In this document: in pieces, positions 41,884-53,140 of the stretch
How the letters are laid out: every line of letters starts with the position of its first letter
Numbering within the stretch: position 1 is the stretch's first letter
NCBI GenBank assembly: GCA_037481815.1
Contig: JBBFKX010000003.1
Span: forward strand, 96,001 to 160,000
DNA length: 64,000 bases
Reading direction: 5' to 3'
From: a candidate division WOR-3 bacterium
Lineage (GTDB): Bacteria; Hydrothermota; 32-111
Translations under genes and position numbers: made by a program
The notes under the pieces: generated by a model
The model's database searches: none
Told to the model about the DNA's origin: nothing
What the model saw: only the letters and a program-made list of their open reading frames with translations

Positions 41884-42540
41884 TCACACCTCATTAAAAT
41901 GATGTTTTACACTTTTTCCCGTTATCATAAAAATCGTATCCTCTGCAATATTAGTTGAAAGATCAGCAACCCTTTCGATGTTTTTGGCAACATCTATCAC
42001 TGCAATGTCTACAAGTGAATTTTCCTGACATTTGTTAAGTCCTGAAATCATTTCCTCAACAATTTTATTTCTCAAAAGGTCAACTTCATCATCCTGATTC
42101 AAAACTTCTTTTGCAATATTTATATCCCCATCCACGAAAGATTTTATACTCTTCTCAAACATTTTTTTTGCAACGGAATAGATTTTTTCAAGATCTTTAT
42201 TTTTTTCAAAAATCTTTTCTCCTTTTAAACTATCTATCCTTGAAGATATGTTTACACTATGGTCTCCTATCCTTTCAAGATCATTATTTATTTTCAATAT
42301 TGTAAAAAGTGCTCTTAAATCTGAAGCAACCGGCTGATTGGTTGCAATTATTGAGACACATTCGTTTTCTATTTCTACCTCTTTTCTGTTTGCAAAATCT
42401 TCCATCTCTTTGATTACCCTTTCTGCTATAACACTATCGTTATTCTTTAAAGAAAGTATTGAATCCTCAAACATTTTTTCAATAAACAAAGAGTAGTCGA
42501 TCAACTCTTTTTTCAAACTTTCGATCCTTTCCTTTAGCAT
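41884..42540 (-). CDS. phoU: Phosphate signalling protein PhoU
   Basis: QPVASDLR, DLERIGDH, IERVADLSTNIAE. Confidence 0.96.
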   Translation of the reverse strand: MLKERIESLKKELIDYSLFIEKMFEDSILSLKNNDSVIAERVIKEMEDFANRKEVEIENECVSIIATNQPVASDLRALFTILKINNDLERIGDHSVNISSRIDSLKGEKIFEKNKDLEKIYSVAKKMFEKSIKSFVDGDINIAKEVLNQDDEVDLLRNKIVEEMISGLNKCQENSLVDIAVIDVAKNIERVADLSTNIAEDTIFMITGKSVKHHFNEV

Positions 42541-42549
42541 AAAAACTCC

Positions 42550-43305
42550 TTATCCAAAAATTCCTGTTATATATTCTTCAGTTCTTTTATTTTCTGGTGC
42601 TGTAAACATCTTTTTTGTTTCTCCAAATTCCACGATCTCTCCAAGATATATAAAAAGTGTGTAATCTGAAACTCTACCCGCCTGTGCTATATTGTGAGTC
42701 ACAATTATTATTGTAAGTTTTTCTTTTAAAACTTCAAGCAATTCTTCTATTTTCTGTGTTGATTTTGGATCGAGTGCTGAAGTTGGTTCATCTAAGAGTA
42801 GAACTTCAGGATCATTTGCAAGAGCCCTTGCAATACACAACCTCTGTTGTTGTCCACCTGAAAGAGAAAGCGCACTATCGAACAACCTATCTTTAACCTC
42901 ATCGTAAAGCCATACATCTTTTAAACTTTTAACAACTTTTTGATCGAGAAAAGACTTATCTTTTATACCTTTAACTTTCAATCCAAAAGCAACATTTTCA
43001 TATATTGAAAAAGGAAATGGGTTCGGTTTTTGAAACACCATCCCTATCTTTGTTCTCAAGAGTGAAAGATCAACATTTTTATCGTTGATGTTCATCCCAT
43101 CAAAGATTATTTTTCCTTCAACCTTTGCGTTATAAAAATCGTTCATCCTGTTGAATGATCTTATAAGTGTTGATTTACCGCATCCAGAGGGACCAATGAT
43201 GGCAGTAACTTTTTTTTCATAAATTGAAAGGTTTATATTTTTAAGGACCTGTTTATCATTGAAATAAAGGTTAAAGTTTTCGACTTTGATTTTTTCGTTT
43301 ACCAT
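42550..43305 (-). CDS. pstB: Phosphate ABC ATPase
   Basis: [34 protein letters not shown]. Confidence 0.97.
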   Translation of the reverse strand: MVNEKIKVENFNLYFNDKQVLKNINLSIYEKKVTAIIGPSGCGKSTLIRSFNRMNDFYNAKVEGKIIFDGMNINDKNVDLSLLRTKIGMVFQKPNPFPFSIYENVAFGLKVKGIKDKSFLDQKVVKSLKDVWLYDEVKDRLFDSALSLSGGQQQRLCIARALANDPEVLLLDEPTSALDPKSTQKIEELLEVLKEKLTIIIVTHNIAQAGRVSDYTLFIYLGEIVEFGETKKMFTAPENKRTEEYITGIFG

Positions 43306-44147
43306 TTTCTCTGCCTCCTGAGTCTCTGTCTTATAAGTATCGCTGAAAGGTTCAAAATCAGCACAAGAAGTAGTAGAACAAACGCTGATTTATATGCTAT
43401 AGGAACCTGTTTTTCAGGTGAAACACCCTCTGTTACAAGACCATATATATGATAGGGAATAGCCATAACTTCACTTGAAAGTGATTTTGGCAACTTCCTT
43501 GAATATAAAGTTGCAGCCGTAAACATTATCGGTGCCGTTTCCCCTGCTATTCTACCAACACTGAGTATTAAAGATGTCAGAATGTTTGGAAAAGCGACCG
43601 GAATGGAAATCTTATAAATCGTCTCAAATTTTGAACAACCAAGCGAATACGCTGCCTCTTTAAAAGTTATTGGAACACTTTTCAAGGACTCTTCTACAGA
43701 TTTTATTATTATCGGTAAAGATAAAATTGCAAGTGTTAAACTTCCCGACAAAAGTGATACTTCAAGAGAAAATTTTATTACAAAAAATGATAATCCGAAA
43801 AGTCCAAAAATGATAGATGGAATGCCGGAAAGTGTTGTTATAGAGGTTTTCAAAAGGTCAACCAGAAATTTTGGTTTACCATATTCTGCTAAATAAACTG
43901 CTGTTATAACACCAACAGGAAAAGAAAAAATTGTTGAAAGTATTGTAAGATAAAATGTTCCAACTATTGCAGGGAATATACCACCTTCAGTCATTCCATT
44001 TTTTGGAAATGTAAACAAAAAATCTGGTAAAATACCTCTGTATCCATTTTTAAAAATAGGAACAAGAAAAATAAGCAGTGAAGAGATTGTTAAAATTGTT
44101 GTAATATATATAAGTATCTCAAAACCTTTTTCTTTGATTTTTTTCAT
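43299..44147 (-). CDS. pstA: Phosphate ABC permease
   Basis: [33 protein letters not shown]. Confidence 0.95.
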   Translation of the reverse strand: MKKIKEKGFEILIYITTILTISSLLIFLVPIFKNGYRGILPDFLFTFPKNGMTEGGIFPAIVGTFYLTILSTIFSFPVGVITAVYLAEYGKPKFLVDLLKTSITTLSGIPSIIFGLFGLSFFVIKFSLEVSLLSGSLTLAILSLPIIIKSVEESLKSVPITFKEAAYSLGCSKFETIYKISIPVAFPNILTSLILSVGRIAGETAPIMFTAATLYSRKLPKSLSSEVMAIPYHIYGLVTEGVSPEKQVPIAYKSAFVLLLLVLILNLSAILIRQRLRRQRKW

Positions 44148-44148
44148 T

Positions 44149-45024
44149 CTATTCTCTTTTTAAATTTTTTATGAATCGATTCGATATCAATGTTAAGATA
44201 AGTGTTAAAAATAAAAGAACAAGTGCTATACCGTAGAGAACATAAAAGTGTGTTGTCCCAACCGCTGTTTCTCCCATCTCAGCGGCGATCGTTGATGTTA
44301 AAGGTCTTACTGGAGAAAAAATCGAATTTGGGAAATTCATCGCACCACCTGCTACCATAAGAACTATCATCGTTTCACCTATTGATCTGCCAATTCCCAA
44401 AAGGAGCGCTGAGATAAGCGCTCCTTTTGTATAAGGTATAACAACTCTTGTAATAGTATCAAATTTTGTTCCACCAAGGGCATATGATGCCTCTTTTAAA
44501 GTTGATGGAACAGTTGAGAGTGCATCTTCAGTTAAACTTGAAATTATCGGTATGATTACTATACCGAGTATAAATGATGCGGTGAAAAGGTTTAACCCCG
44601 TTGGAATATTAAAGAATCTCCTTATGAATGGTCCGATGAAAACTATTCCGATAAATCCAAAGATCACAGATGGTATCGAAGACAAAATTTCGATGAAGGG
44701 CTTTAAAATTTCTTTTGTTTTCAAATTGGCATACTCTGAAAGAAAAATTGCAGAACCAACGCCAAGGGGTAAACCAACAAGTATAGATCCCAAAGTCACA
44801 AATATAGAGGAAACTATAAAATTGAATATCCCAAACGATGGAGGATCCATCGTGGGATAATATTTTCTTCCAAAAATGAAGTTTGTAAATCCAACCTCTT
44901 TGAAAGCGATATAACCTTTCGAAAAAATGTCATAAACTATCAAAGCAAGAATAACAAGAGAGATCAAAGAGATGCTGTGTATTAAAAATGTTGCAAAACC
45001 ATCTCTTATTTTTCTTTTTTCCAT
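44149..45024 (-). CDS. pstC: Phosphate ABC permease
   Basis: IPSVIFG, GRSIGETM, IAAEMGE. Confidence 0.95.
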   Translation of the reverse strand: MEKRKIRDGFATFLIHSISLISLVILALIVYDIFSKGYIAFKEVGFTNFIFGRKYYPTMDPPSFGIFNFIVSSIFVTLGSILVGLPLGVGSAIFLSEYANLKTKEILKPFIEILSSIPSVIFGFIGIVFIGPFIRRFFNIPTGLNLFTASFILGIVIIPIISSLTEDALSTVPSTLKEASYALGGTKFDTITRVVIPYTKGALISALLLGIGRSIGETMIVLMVAGGAMNFPNSIFSPVRPLTSTIAAEMGETAVGTTHFYVLYGIALVLLFLTLILTLISNRFIKNLKRE

Positions 45025-45025
45025 A

Positions 45026-45835
45026 TTACCTCAAAGGTATGTAACCTGTTTCCTCAACTATTTTTTGACCTTCATCTGAAAGGATGAATTCTATAAACTT
45101 TCCGATATTTCCTTTTGGTTTACCGTTTGTATAAAGATACAAACTCCTTGCAATTTTGTATGTTTTGTTGTTAACACTCTCTTTGGAAGGATAAACTCCT
45201 TCAATTTTGAGTGCTTTTACACTCTCATTAACAAAACCGATTCCAAGATAACCTATTGCACCAGGGGTATCCTTTACAGTTGATAGAACCGCATTGTTTG
45301 AAGCAAGAAGCAGAGCATCCTCTCTATATTTTGTGTTCTCAAGAACCTTCTCGTTAAAAACTTCAAATGTACCTGATGAAACATCTCTTGAAACAACAAC
45401 TATTGACATATCCTTTCCACCCAACTCTTTCCAGTTTCTTATTTTTCCAGTATAAATATCTTTTAATGTCTTCAAATTAATTTCCGAAACAGGATTTGAA
45501 GGGTGAACAACTATCGAAAGTGCATCGTTTGCAATTACCGTTTCATAAATATTTATTCCATTCTCTTTTGCCTGATAGATCTCTTTCTCTTTAATTTTTC
45601 TGGACGAATTTGCAATGTCAACTTTTCCCTCTATAAGGTTTGAAATCCCAACACCACTTCCACCACCTCTTACAGTTATGTTTATTGAAGGATTTTTATC
45701 CATAAACACTTCAGATGCTTTTTGAACGATTGGGAAAACCGTTGTTGAGCCAGACACTGTTATCTCATTATTTTTTGGAAAAACAGAAAGAAATGATATT
45801 AAACAGATTAAAATTAAAGTAAATATTTTTTTCAT
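45026..45835 (-). CDS. pstS: Phosphate ABC substrate-binding protein
   Basis: GSTTV, GGGSGVG, SSR, SRDVSSGT. Confidence 0.95.
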   Translation of the reverse strand: MKKIFTLILICLISFLSVFPKNNEITVSGSTTVFPIVQKASEVFMDKNPSINITVRGGGSGVGISNLIEGKVDIANSSRKIKEKEIYQAKENGINIYETVIANDALSIVVHPSNPVSEINLKTLKDIYTGKIRNWKELGGKDMSIVVVSRDVSSGTFEVFNEKVLENTKYREDALLLASNNAVLSTVKDTPGAIGYLGIGFVNESVKALKIEGVYPSKESVNNKTYKIARSLYLYTNGKPKGNIGKFIEFILSDEGQKIVEETGYIPLR

Positions 45836-45845
45836 CTTTCACCTC

Positions 45846-46877
45846 CTATTGTATCGTGTTTGAAAATTTCCATTTCATCTGGAAAACCATACCATTCAGA
45901 TCAACTTTTGTTGTATCCTCATACATAGTTCTATCGTATGATAGTTGCATTATAATACCATTATCTTTAAAGAAATTTAAATTTGTTCCAGCGATAATTC
46001 TTTGATGGCTATCATTATCATTATCAACATTTTTATCCCAGTTATCATATCTGACAATAAATTCTAATGGTATATTCATAAGATTCTTTGCATTTATCAG
46101 ACCTATTCCAGAATATCCATTTCCTTCTACACTATCAATTTTGTTTGAAACATATTCAAACGATAAAGATAAGAAATTATAATTAAACTTTACAAGTCCC
46201 ACATAAGCCATTCTTAAACTGTCTGAAATCAACGTATCAACACTTTCCGGTGAAAGGAGAGTTTTATTTTCATATAGAATTGAACCACCCAATGTCAGAC
46301 CGGCAAATGGAACAACTCTGAGATTTGCAAGAAACGCAGGATTAAGATCAACAGAAGAATCGGTTTTTTTATAACCTTCACCATTCATAACAGAAAGTGC
46401 ATAAAAACCAAAACCACCTGGGAACAGACCGTTGAATGAAACACCATAATCTGCTGAGTTTACTACCTTTTCTTTATCACTCAACTCTGTTTCATAGACC
46501 GGATATTCGTAATCGTAAATAGTACCAAAAAAATTCTTTATCAAACCAAAATTTATATTGCTATTTTTTAATGGAAGATTTGAAAAATCAAGATATGCAT
46601 ATTTTAAACGAACAGATGCTCCTTCAACTCCATCTTTTAATGAAACAAAATCAAGTGTGAATCTTCCCTTTATATCATCTCTAAACTTTGGTTCAACTGT
46701 GAAATAACCTCTTGGAGAGTAAATCTGATTTTTGGTTAAAACGAATTCATTTTCATTTTCAAACGTTGCATGGTATCTACTCCAGATTTCAAAACCGTAT
46801 TTGGTCTCTCCAGCAAAAATAGTAGAAAAAATCAGTGTGAGCAAAAATAAAAGGGATAATTTTTTTAATTTCATCAT
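45846..46877 (-). CDS. Probable phosphate-selective outer-membrane porin
   Basis: Signal peptide, beta-strand pattern (RLKYAYL, NGEGY), first gene of the pst operon. Confidence 0.65.
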   Translation of the reverse strand: MMKLKKLSLLFLLTLIFSTIFAGETKYGFEIWSRYHATFENENEFVLTKNQIYSPRGYFTVEPKFRDDIKGRFTLDFVSLKDGVEGASVRLKYAYLDFSNLPLKNSNINFGLIKNFFGTIYDYEYPVYETELSDKEKVVNSADYGVSFNGLFPGGFGFYALSVMNGEGYKKTDSSVDLNPAFLANLRVVPFAGLTLGGSILYENKTLLSPESVDTLISDSLRMAYVGLVKFNYNFLSLSFEYVSNKIDSVEGNGYSGIGLINAKNLMNIPLEFIVRYDNWDKNVDNDNDSHQRIIAGTNLNFFKDNGIIMQLSYDRTMYEDTTKVDLNGMVFQMKWKFSNTIQ

Positions 46878-46919
46878 ACCTCCTTTTTGTTATTTTTCAA
46901 ATGGAATATAAAACACAAT

Positions 46920-46947
46920 TGTTAATTTTCTGTTAAGATTGTGTTAA
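46920..46947 (-). promoter_or_regulatory. Pho-box-like direct repeats (3 x TTAACA, 11-bp period)
   Basis: TGTTAA at 46920, 46931 and 46942 on the plus strand. Lies upstream of a TATATT -10 (46905-46910) and the pst operon. Confidence 0.8.
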
Positions 46948-46949
46948 AT

Positions 46950-48011
46950 TTATTTTCTCGATTTATACAGAAGAAAGATACTTACAAACAAAAAGAAAAA
47001 ATTTGGATAGAGAAATATTAAAAAAGGATTCCCTTCCCCATTCGAAGCAGCGGATCTAAATCCCTGCAGTACTCCCCAGTATAAAAATGAAAGGAGTATG
47101 CTTATTGAAAGTCCAAAAATTATTCCGGTGTTTTTTGTGTTTACAACAAAACTTGCAGATATTATGGATATAATAATGTTGATAAATAAAAAGTAAAACC
47201 TATACGAAATTTCTGTCTCCTGTTTTGATGGATCACCTTTACTTTTTAAAATTCTGTTCCTTATTTTCAAAAGTTCAGAAATCTTATAAATTTCAACATT
47301 TTCTCTATCAAATACCATCTCATCAGGTTTAGTATTCAAAATATCGTACATTTCTCTATTTTCAAACATTTCAAAACTATTGTTTTCAAGATCATAAACC
47401 TGGCAACTCTCAAATATCCATTTTCCACCACGAAAGATTCCTTTTTTTGCTTTTATATAGATCTTCAAACCTGTTTTATCATCAGTTTTAAAAATTTCTG
47501 GATTTCTAATAAGCATATTTTTTACTGAAAAATACTCTCCTTTTAAGATTGTTTTTTCATCCTGTACAAATATAAAATCCTCTCTGTTGATCTGACTAAA
47601 TTCTTTTGATTCCTTTATCTCTTTATATCTTTTTGTTGAATATGTTTCTACATTCTCTTTTAAAAAGAATTGTATAAATGACAATATTATGACCAAAAAA
47701 AATAATGGCAGTAAAAATCTGTAAACCGAGATCCCACTTGCTTTTATTGCCAAAAGTTCATTATTTTTTATCATGAATCCAACGGTTATAAAAATCGAAA
47801 CAAGAATACCAAGAGGAAAAAGAAGAGTAAGAAGTGAAGGTATGTAAAAAAGGTAGAGAAAAAATATTTCTTTTAAAGTTTTTCCAGATTGAATGTAACC
47901 TGAAAGATTATCAGAAATATCAACTACTAAAAATATGAAAATGAAAAGAAACAGAACTATAAACAAAAACAAAACAAAATTCTTTAAGAGGTATCTATCA
48001 AGTATCTTCAT
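46950..48011 (-). CDS. lptG: LptF/LptG-family LPS export permease
   Basis: ILDRYL, NELLAIKASGIS, 3+3 TM topology. Confidence 0.85.
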   Translation of the reverse strand: MKILDRYLLKNFVLFLFIVLFLFIFIFLVVDISDNLSGYIQSGKTLKEIFFLYLFYIPSLLTLLFPLGILVSIFITVGFMIKNNELLAIKASGISVYRFLLPLFFLVIILSFIQFFLKENVETYSTKRYKEIKESKEFSQINREDFIFVQDEKTILKGEYFSVKNMLIRNPEIFKTDDKTGLKIYIKAKKGIFRGGKWIFESCQVYDLENNSFEMFENREMYDILNTKPDEMVFDRENVEIYKISELLKIRNRILKSKGDPSKQETEISYRFYFLFINIIISIISASFVVNTKNTGIIFGLSISILLSFLYWGVLQGFRSAASNGEGNPFLIFLYPNFFFLFVSIFLLYKSRK

Positions 48012-49138
48012 TTTTTAAAAACCTTTGAATCTCTTAAAATAAAATAAAAACAAAAAAATAAGGTTAAAAAGTTTGGAAACCAGATCGTTATCGCTGGATT
48101 TAAAAATCCGTTATCAGATATTTGTTCCCCAAGAACAAGCAGAACATAATAGAATACGAAAAGCATCGTAGAAATCGCAAAACCTATTGCAAGTGAGGAT
48201 CGTTTGAGCCTTATACCGATTATTCCACCGAGCAAAACAAAAGCGAACACTCCAAAAGATATTGAAAACTTTTTATGTATCTCAACAAGATATCTGTAAA
48301 CAGATTTTTTTCGCCTGATATCATAATCTCTTCCATTTTTGTTCTCATAACTTTTATTTAAATTTTTTATACTTTCGATAAGCATTTTAACACTCATCTC
48401 TCGATCACCTCTTACATCAAACCCTCCCTCAACTATATCTCCTGAAATTTTGATGCTTTGAACAAAAGTGGAAAAAGAACTCTTTTTGTATTTACCATCG
48501 GAAACGATTTCAAAAATTTCTCCATTTTTCATATACACCGAGATTTTATTTGCACCCTTTAACATTGAGATATGACCGCTGTCCGCTTTTATAAAAATTT
48601 TATCCTTTATGATATTACAACACGAGAACGAGTTATCTTTTCTTATATCATCAAAATAAAAGTAAACTTCATTATCATAACTTTTTTTGAATATTCCCTT
48701 TTCAACACTAACAGCAGGTCTGAGATTCAATATCTGTATAAACAACTGTTTTACTTTATGGTTTGAATAGGGAACCACAATATCCGATATCAGGAAGGTC
48801 AAAACAAAAAGTATCACTGAAAAAAAAGTTAAATTGAATATGAATCTATAAGGATTTATTCCAGATGATTTTAATGCTGTTATCTCAAGATCTGAAGACA
48901 TTCTACCAAAAGTCATGATCGTTGATACGAGAACAGACATGGGTATAGATAAAAATATTATGAATGGAAGATTATAAATGAAGAGTTTTAAAACTATCAA
49001 AAATGGGATGCCCTTTCCTATCAAAAGGTTCACGAGTTCAAAGACCCTGTTCACAAGGAGAACAAAAATTATTAAAGACAGCGCAAGCAAAAATGACGGG
49101 AAAAAATCTTTTAAAATCATTCTATCGATAATTTTCAT
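48008..49138 (-). CDS. lptF: LptF/LptG-family LPS export permease
   Basis: GRMSSDLEITALKSSGI, EIHKKFSI, WFPN. Confidence 0.87.
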   Translation of the reverse strand: MKIIDRMILKDFFPSFLLALSLIIFVLLVNRVFELVNLLIGKGIPFLIVLKLFIYNLPFIIFLSIPMSVLVSTIMTFGRMSSDLEITALKSSGINPYRFIFNLTFFSVILFVLTFLISDIVVPYSNHKVKQLFIQILNLRPAVSVEKGIFKKSYDNEVYFYFDDIRKDNSFSCCNIIKDKIFIKADSGHISMLKGANKISVYMKNGEIFEIVSDGKYKKSSFSTFVQSIKISGDIVEGGFDVRGDREMSVKMLIESIKNLNKSYENKNGRDYDIRRKKSVYRYLVEIHKKFSISFGVFAFVLLGGIIGIRLKRSSLAIGFAISTMLFVFYYVLLVLGEQISDNGFLNPAITIWFPNFLTLFFCFYFILRDSKVFKK

Positions 49139-49176
49139 AACAAATATAATATCTTAAAAATTCTTCAAGTAAACAA

Positions 49177-49776
49177 TCATCTAAATATTTCAGGCCTTTT
49201 TTCTTTGTAACTATAATAGGATTCCTTTGAAAGTATCACATGATCGTATACTTCTATTCCAAGTATCTTTCCCGCTTCTATAAGACGTGTTGTCACAAGA
49301 TCATCTTCATCCGATGGTTCAACATTGCTTGAGGGGTGGTTATGAACAACTATGATTCCACATGCTCTATCCACAATAGGATCAGAAAAAACCTCTCTTG
49401 GATGAACGAATGTTGTGTTAAGGGTTCCAATAAAAACGGTTCTTTTCTGTATAACTTTCATCGAGGAATCCAAACTGATAACTATAAAATTTTCCTGTCG
49501 CCTTTTTGAAATCTCTTTCAACAATAAGAACACATCTTTTGGTGATGTGATCCTTTTTTCCTTTTCCCTCAATCTCCTGAACAGTTCAAAAATCGAACAC
49601 ATTCTCACTCTATCATCGTTCTCAAGTTCAATGAAAGAATCGTTTGAAACTTCAGGGAAATCTGTGTAGATCTTTTCGACAGTTTTCACAAGAGTATCCT
49701 CTTTATAGTTTTTCTTTAAAATATTTTTTAAAATTTCAACATCTTTCAAATTTCTATATTCGATATTTTCTCCCAT
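49177..49776 (-). CDS. radC: RadC/JAB-domain protein
   Basis: GTLN...VHPREVF, HNHPSS...PSDED, DHVI. Confidence 0.9.
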   Translation of the reverse strand: MGENIEYRNLKDVEILKNILKKNYKEDTLVKTVEKIYTDFPEVSNDSFIELENDDRVRMCSIFELFRRLREKEKRITSPKDVFLLLKEISKRRQENFIVISLDSSMKVIQKRTVFIGTLNTTFVHPREVFSDPIVDRACGIIVVHNHPSSNVEPSDEDDLVTTRLIEAGKILGIEVYDHVILSKESYYSYKEKRPEIFR

Positions 49777-49787
49777 AGTTCCCCTCC

Positions 49788-50600
49788 TTAAAAAATTTTT
49801 TTTACTTCATAGTCGAAACCTTTTTCAAACAGATCTTTTTCAATAAAAAATCTTTTCAAGTTCTCTTTTACACTTTTCTCAATTTTCTCTTCTGTTCCCC
49901 TGTAAAAAGATATTTCCAGTTTTTTATCACCAGATAGTTTTACATTAAAAACACCTTCAACATTTTTTTCCAAAAACTTTTCAAAGCACTTCACAGGATA
50001 TGCATATTTTTTTGCACTCCTTGTTTCAAAAATCGTAAATCTTTCAAGAGAATAATAAGGAAACGAGAATATCTCAAATCGATCATATTCTCCCTTTTTA
50101 AGGAAATACATCTTGAAACGTTCATCCTGATATACATAAAGATTGATAAAAGTTTCAAGATTTTTTAGAAAATCTTTTTTTATAAAACAGTTACCTTTAT
50201 AGTCCATAAAATAGAACCTTTCCACATAGGGATTTTCTGGATAAACAAAAGAGTTGAAAGCAGACCTGTATAGAGATATCTCATCTATGTCATCAACAAA
50301 AAATGGAATAACTATATCGGTTCTATATTTGAAAAAAACCTCAAGTGGAGATAACCTTTTAAAAAACTCTCTATCACCCAGAATTATGTTGTAAGGTTTT
50401 GACAGAAAAATTTCAACAATCTTTTTGTTAGGGATTTTTTCATCAAAAAAATTTATTTCAAAATTTTTATTCACTCTTTTAAAATCTTCAAAATCACTAA
50501 AAACTATCACAGATCTTTTTCTTTTCTTCATATAATCTGGATACACATTTTTTTCTATAATCTTTTTAATATTTTCAAAAAATTTTTCAAACTCTTTCAT
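49788..50600 (-). CDS. Hypothetical protein
   Basis: Long ORF coupled to the radical SAM gene. Likely start ATG 50600. Confidence 0.6.
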   Translation of the reverse strand: MKEFEKFFENIKKIIEKNVYPDYMKKRKRSVIVFSDFEDFKRVNKNFEINFFDEKIPNKKIVEIFLSKPYNIILGDREFFKRLSPLEVFFKYRTDIVIPFFVDDIDEISLYRSAFNSFVYPENPYVERFYFMDYKGNCFIKKDFLKNLETFINLYVYQDERFKMYFLKKGEYDRFEIFSFPYYSLERFTIFETRSAKKYAYPVKCFEKFLEKNVEGVFNVKLSGDKKLEISFYRGTEEKIEKSVKENLKRFFIEKDLFEKGFDYEVKKIF

Positions 50601-51906
50601 AATACTTTTTTGTCTCTCTGTTGAAACTTCTGATAAGATTTTTAAGACCCTGAATCTCCTCTTCCGAGTACTTATAGTAAGATGAAAAAACACTTTTGTT
50701 TGTAAGAAGTGGATCTTTTATGATTTCTTCATATCTCTTATAAAAATCGGTTCTTGGAACAGGTGTAAACTCGTTCAAAACAATCCTCACTCTCTTTTCT
50801 TTTAAAAATTTTGCTGTTCGAATAACATCCTCCAAATTTTCATTCGGAAGTCCCACGAGTATATAACAAAAAATTTTTCTTCCATCAAAACCGTTTTTCA
50901 ATAACAGATTCAAAGCATTTTCGATCTCATCAAGGTTTGTTTTATTTCCGGTCTTTGAAAGAATATCTTCCGATATTGTTTCTATTGAAAGTGATATCAT
51001 TCCAAGATTTATTTTTTTAAAAATTTCAAGAACATCATCTTCTATAAACCTCACATGCAAACCGTTTGAGAAATTGAATCTGAAACTATATTTTTTATCT
51101 ATTATTTTTTCAAAGAGAGGTAAGAAATGTTTATCTTTTCTAAAAAGTAAAGCATCGTCATAAAATGTGATATCTTTAACTTTCAACCTTTCGAGAAGAT
51201 CGAGTTGAGATAATATGTTATCAAAAGGTAAACATGAAAAATTTTTATAGAGAACGGAAACAGCACAATAACTACATCTATAAGGGCATCCCCTTTGAGT
51301 TAAAACCGCTGCTGATTCGAGTTCAGGATAAAGATCGTATGCCGGAATAAGTTCTTCAAGTGAAAAGTTTTTTTTCATTTTTATATCAGTATTATCTATT
51401 AGAAACTGGTATAGCCCATCAACATCGGAACTGAAAATATATGATGCACCAAGTTCTTTTGCATGTTCAGGTAAAAGTTTTGCATAGACACCACCAACTA
51501 TTATTTTTGTTTTCGGATCTTTTTCTTTAACACTTTCGATCACCTCTTTTACACCTTCATACCAGTATGTCATCATCGATGTGATAAAAACATAATCATA
51601 ATTTTTCTTTGAGATAAACTCTAAAAATTTATCTTTTGAAACACCATATCTATAATATGGTCTTTTGAACCATTCAAAAATTTCATTTTTTTTCACTTTT
51701 TCTTTTTTGAACTTTCCTGTTGAAAAGAATTTACTTTTGTATTTTTTTTCTAGAAAAATAGACTTTCTATCCATAAAATCAAAATAGTCAAAATCGATAC
51801 TATTCTCTCTCAAAAATGATGCAACATACAAAAGTCCAAGAGGTTTTAACCAGTAATCGTAACAGGTAAAATCATATATTGGGGGATTTACCAAGAGTAT
51901 TTGCAT
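50587..51906 (-). CDS. B12-binding-domain radical SAM protein
   Basis: LLVNPP...PLGLLY, VGGVYA, RGCPYRCSYC (CxxxCxxC), FYDD. Confidence 0.9.
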   Translation of the reverse strand: MQILLVNPPIYDFTCYDYWLKPLGLLYVASFLRENSIDFDYFDFMDRKSIFLEKKYKSKFFSTGKFKKEKVKKNEIFEWFKRPYYRYGVSKDKFLEFISKKNYDYVFITSMMTYWYEGVKEVIESVKEKDPKTKIIVGGVYAKLLPEHAKELGASYIFSSDVDGLYQFLIDNTDIKMKKNFSLEELIPAYDLYPELESAAVLTQRGCPYRCSYCAVSVLYKNFSCLPFDNILSQLDLLERLKVKDITFYDDALLFRKDKHFLPLFEKIIDKKYSFRFNFSNGLHVRFIEDDVLEIFKKINLGMISLSIETISEDILSKTGNKTNLDEIENALNLLLKNGFDGRKIFCYILVGLPNENLEDVIRTAKFLKEKRVRIVLNEFTPVPRTDFYKRYEEIIKDPLLTNKSVFSSYYKYSEEEIQGLKNLIRSFNRETKKYYERV

Positions 51907-53140
51907 ATTTGAAGATAAAATCACTCTTTGAAAACATTGAAGGGAAATTTTTATAGGATTTTATTCCAAGGATCAGAGTTCTAATGTTGTCAACATAGGT
52001 TAAATAGTTCTCCAATTTTGCAGGATCTATCGAAACATTTTTCTCATTTTTAATTTTTAAAGGATTTATAAACTTGTCATTTTTTTTCACCGCAAAATGG
52101 AGATGGTATCCGGTTGCATAACCTGTTTTTCCAACATAACCGATAACTTCACCCTGTTTCACAAACTTTCCAACCTTAACATTTTTTGAATAAGAATGAA
52201 GATGACAGTACTCACTCTGATACCCATTTTCATGATCAATTTTTATCGTCTTTCCACCGATATAGTTGTATCCAACAAAAATTATATAACCATCAGACGC
52301 AGCGTACACTGGAGTTTTCTTTGGAGCAGAATAATCAACAGCATAGTGGGGAATGTATCTTTTCAAAATCGGATGATATCTTTTCGAAGTGAAAGTGGAC
52401 GATATTCTGTAATAGGTTGCAAGAGGTGATTTTAAAAATCTTCCTTCAAGAGAGTTACCATTCTGATCGTAATAGATCTTACCATTTCCATCATCGTACA
52501 AAAAAGCTTCATACAGATTCTCATTGTTTTCAAAAGAGGCATACAAAATGTCCCCATACTGATAGAATTCATTGTCTATATATTTTTTTTCAAAAAGTAT
52601 TGTAAATTTATCTCCTTTTTTCACTTCTGAAAAAACATCTATTCTCCAGTCAAAAATCTTGGTAAATTTTAAAGCCAATTTTTCGGTTTCACCTTTTTGT
52701 TTGATAGCGTTCACAATGTTATCCTCAACCTCACCTTCTATAAACTCTATAGAAACAGTCGGTTCATGGCTTAAAACATAAGAATTATATTTAGAGGTGT
52801 ATTCAACGATATATGTTTTTGAAAGATCATTTTTGTATTCAAGTCTTCTGAAATTGAAATTTTCATCAGTAAAAATGAATATCTCATCGTTAATATCTAT
52901 CTTTTTGGGAGGATAAATTTTTGAAAAATATTTTATTATGGAATCGATAACATCGTTTTTAAGATGAGACCTTCTTAAAATCCCAACAAAGGTTTCTCCT
53001 TTTGTAATCTCATATTTTACACCAATATAATCTTTTCTTTGATTTTCAATATCTTTTTTTACCTCACCTTTAAGAAATCTAACATATACAAAAGATGTTA
53101 GCAGAAAAATTAAAAATGACAGATAGAAAATCTTTTTCAA
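51872..53140 (-). CDS. M23 peptidoglycan DD-metalloendopeptidase (MepM/Csd-like)
   Basis: HPIL, HYAVD (HxxxD), HLH, GYVGKTG. Confidence 0.9.
   Translation of the reverse strand: MKKIFYLSFLIFLLTSFVYVRFLKGEVKKDIENQRKDYIGVKYEITKGETFVGILRRSHLKNDVIDSIIKYFSKIYPPKKIDINDEIFIFTDENFNFRRLEYKNDLSKTYIVEYTSKYNSYVLSHEPTVSIEFIEGEVEDNIVNAIKQKGETEKLALKFTKIFDWRIDVFSEVKKGDKFTILFEKKYIDNEFYQYGDILYASFENNENLYEAFLYDDGNGKIYYDQNGNSLEGRFLKSPLATYYRISSTFTSKRYHPILKRYIPHYAVDYSAPKKTPVYAASDGYIIFVGYNYIGGKTIKIDHENGYQSEYCHLHSYSKNVKVGKFVKQGEVIGYVGKTGYATGYHLHFAVKKNDKFINPLKIKNEKNVSIDPAKLENYLTYVDNIRTLILGIKSYKNFPSMFSKSDFIFKYANTLGKSPNI

Noticed and set aside
49177..49776. radC as a marker of a mobile element
   Set aside because: Embedded among chromosomal genes, with no mobility genes in the window.
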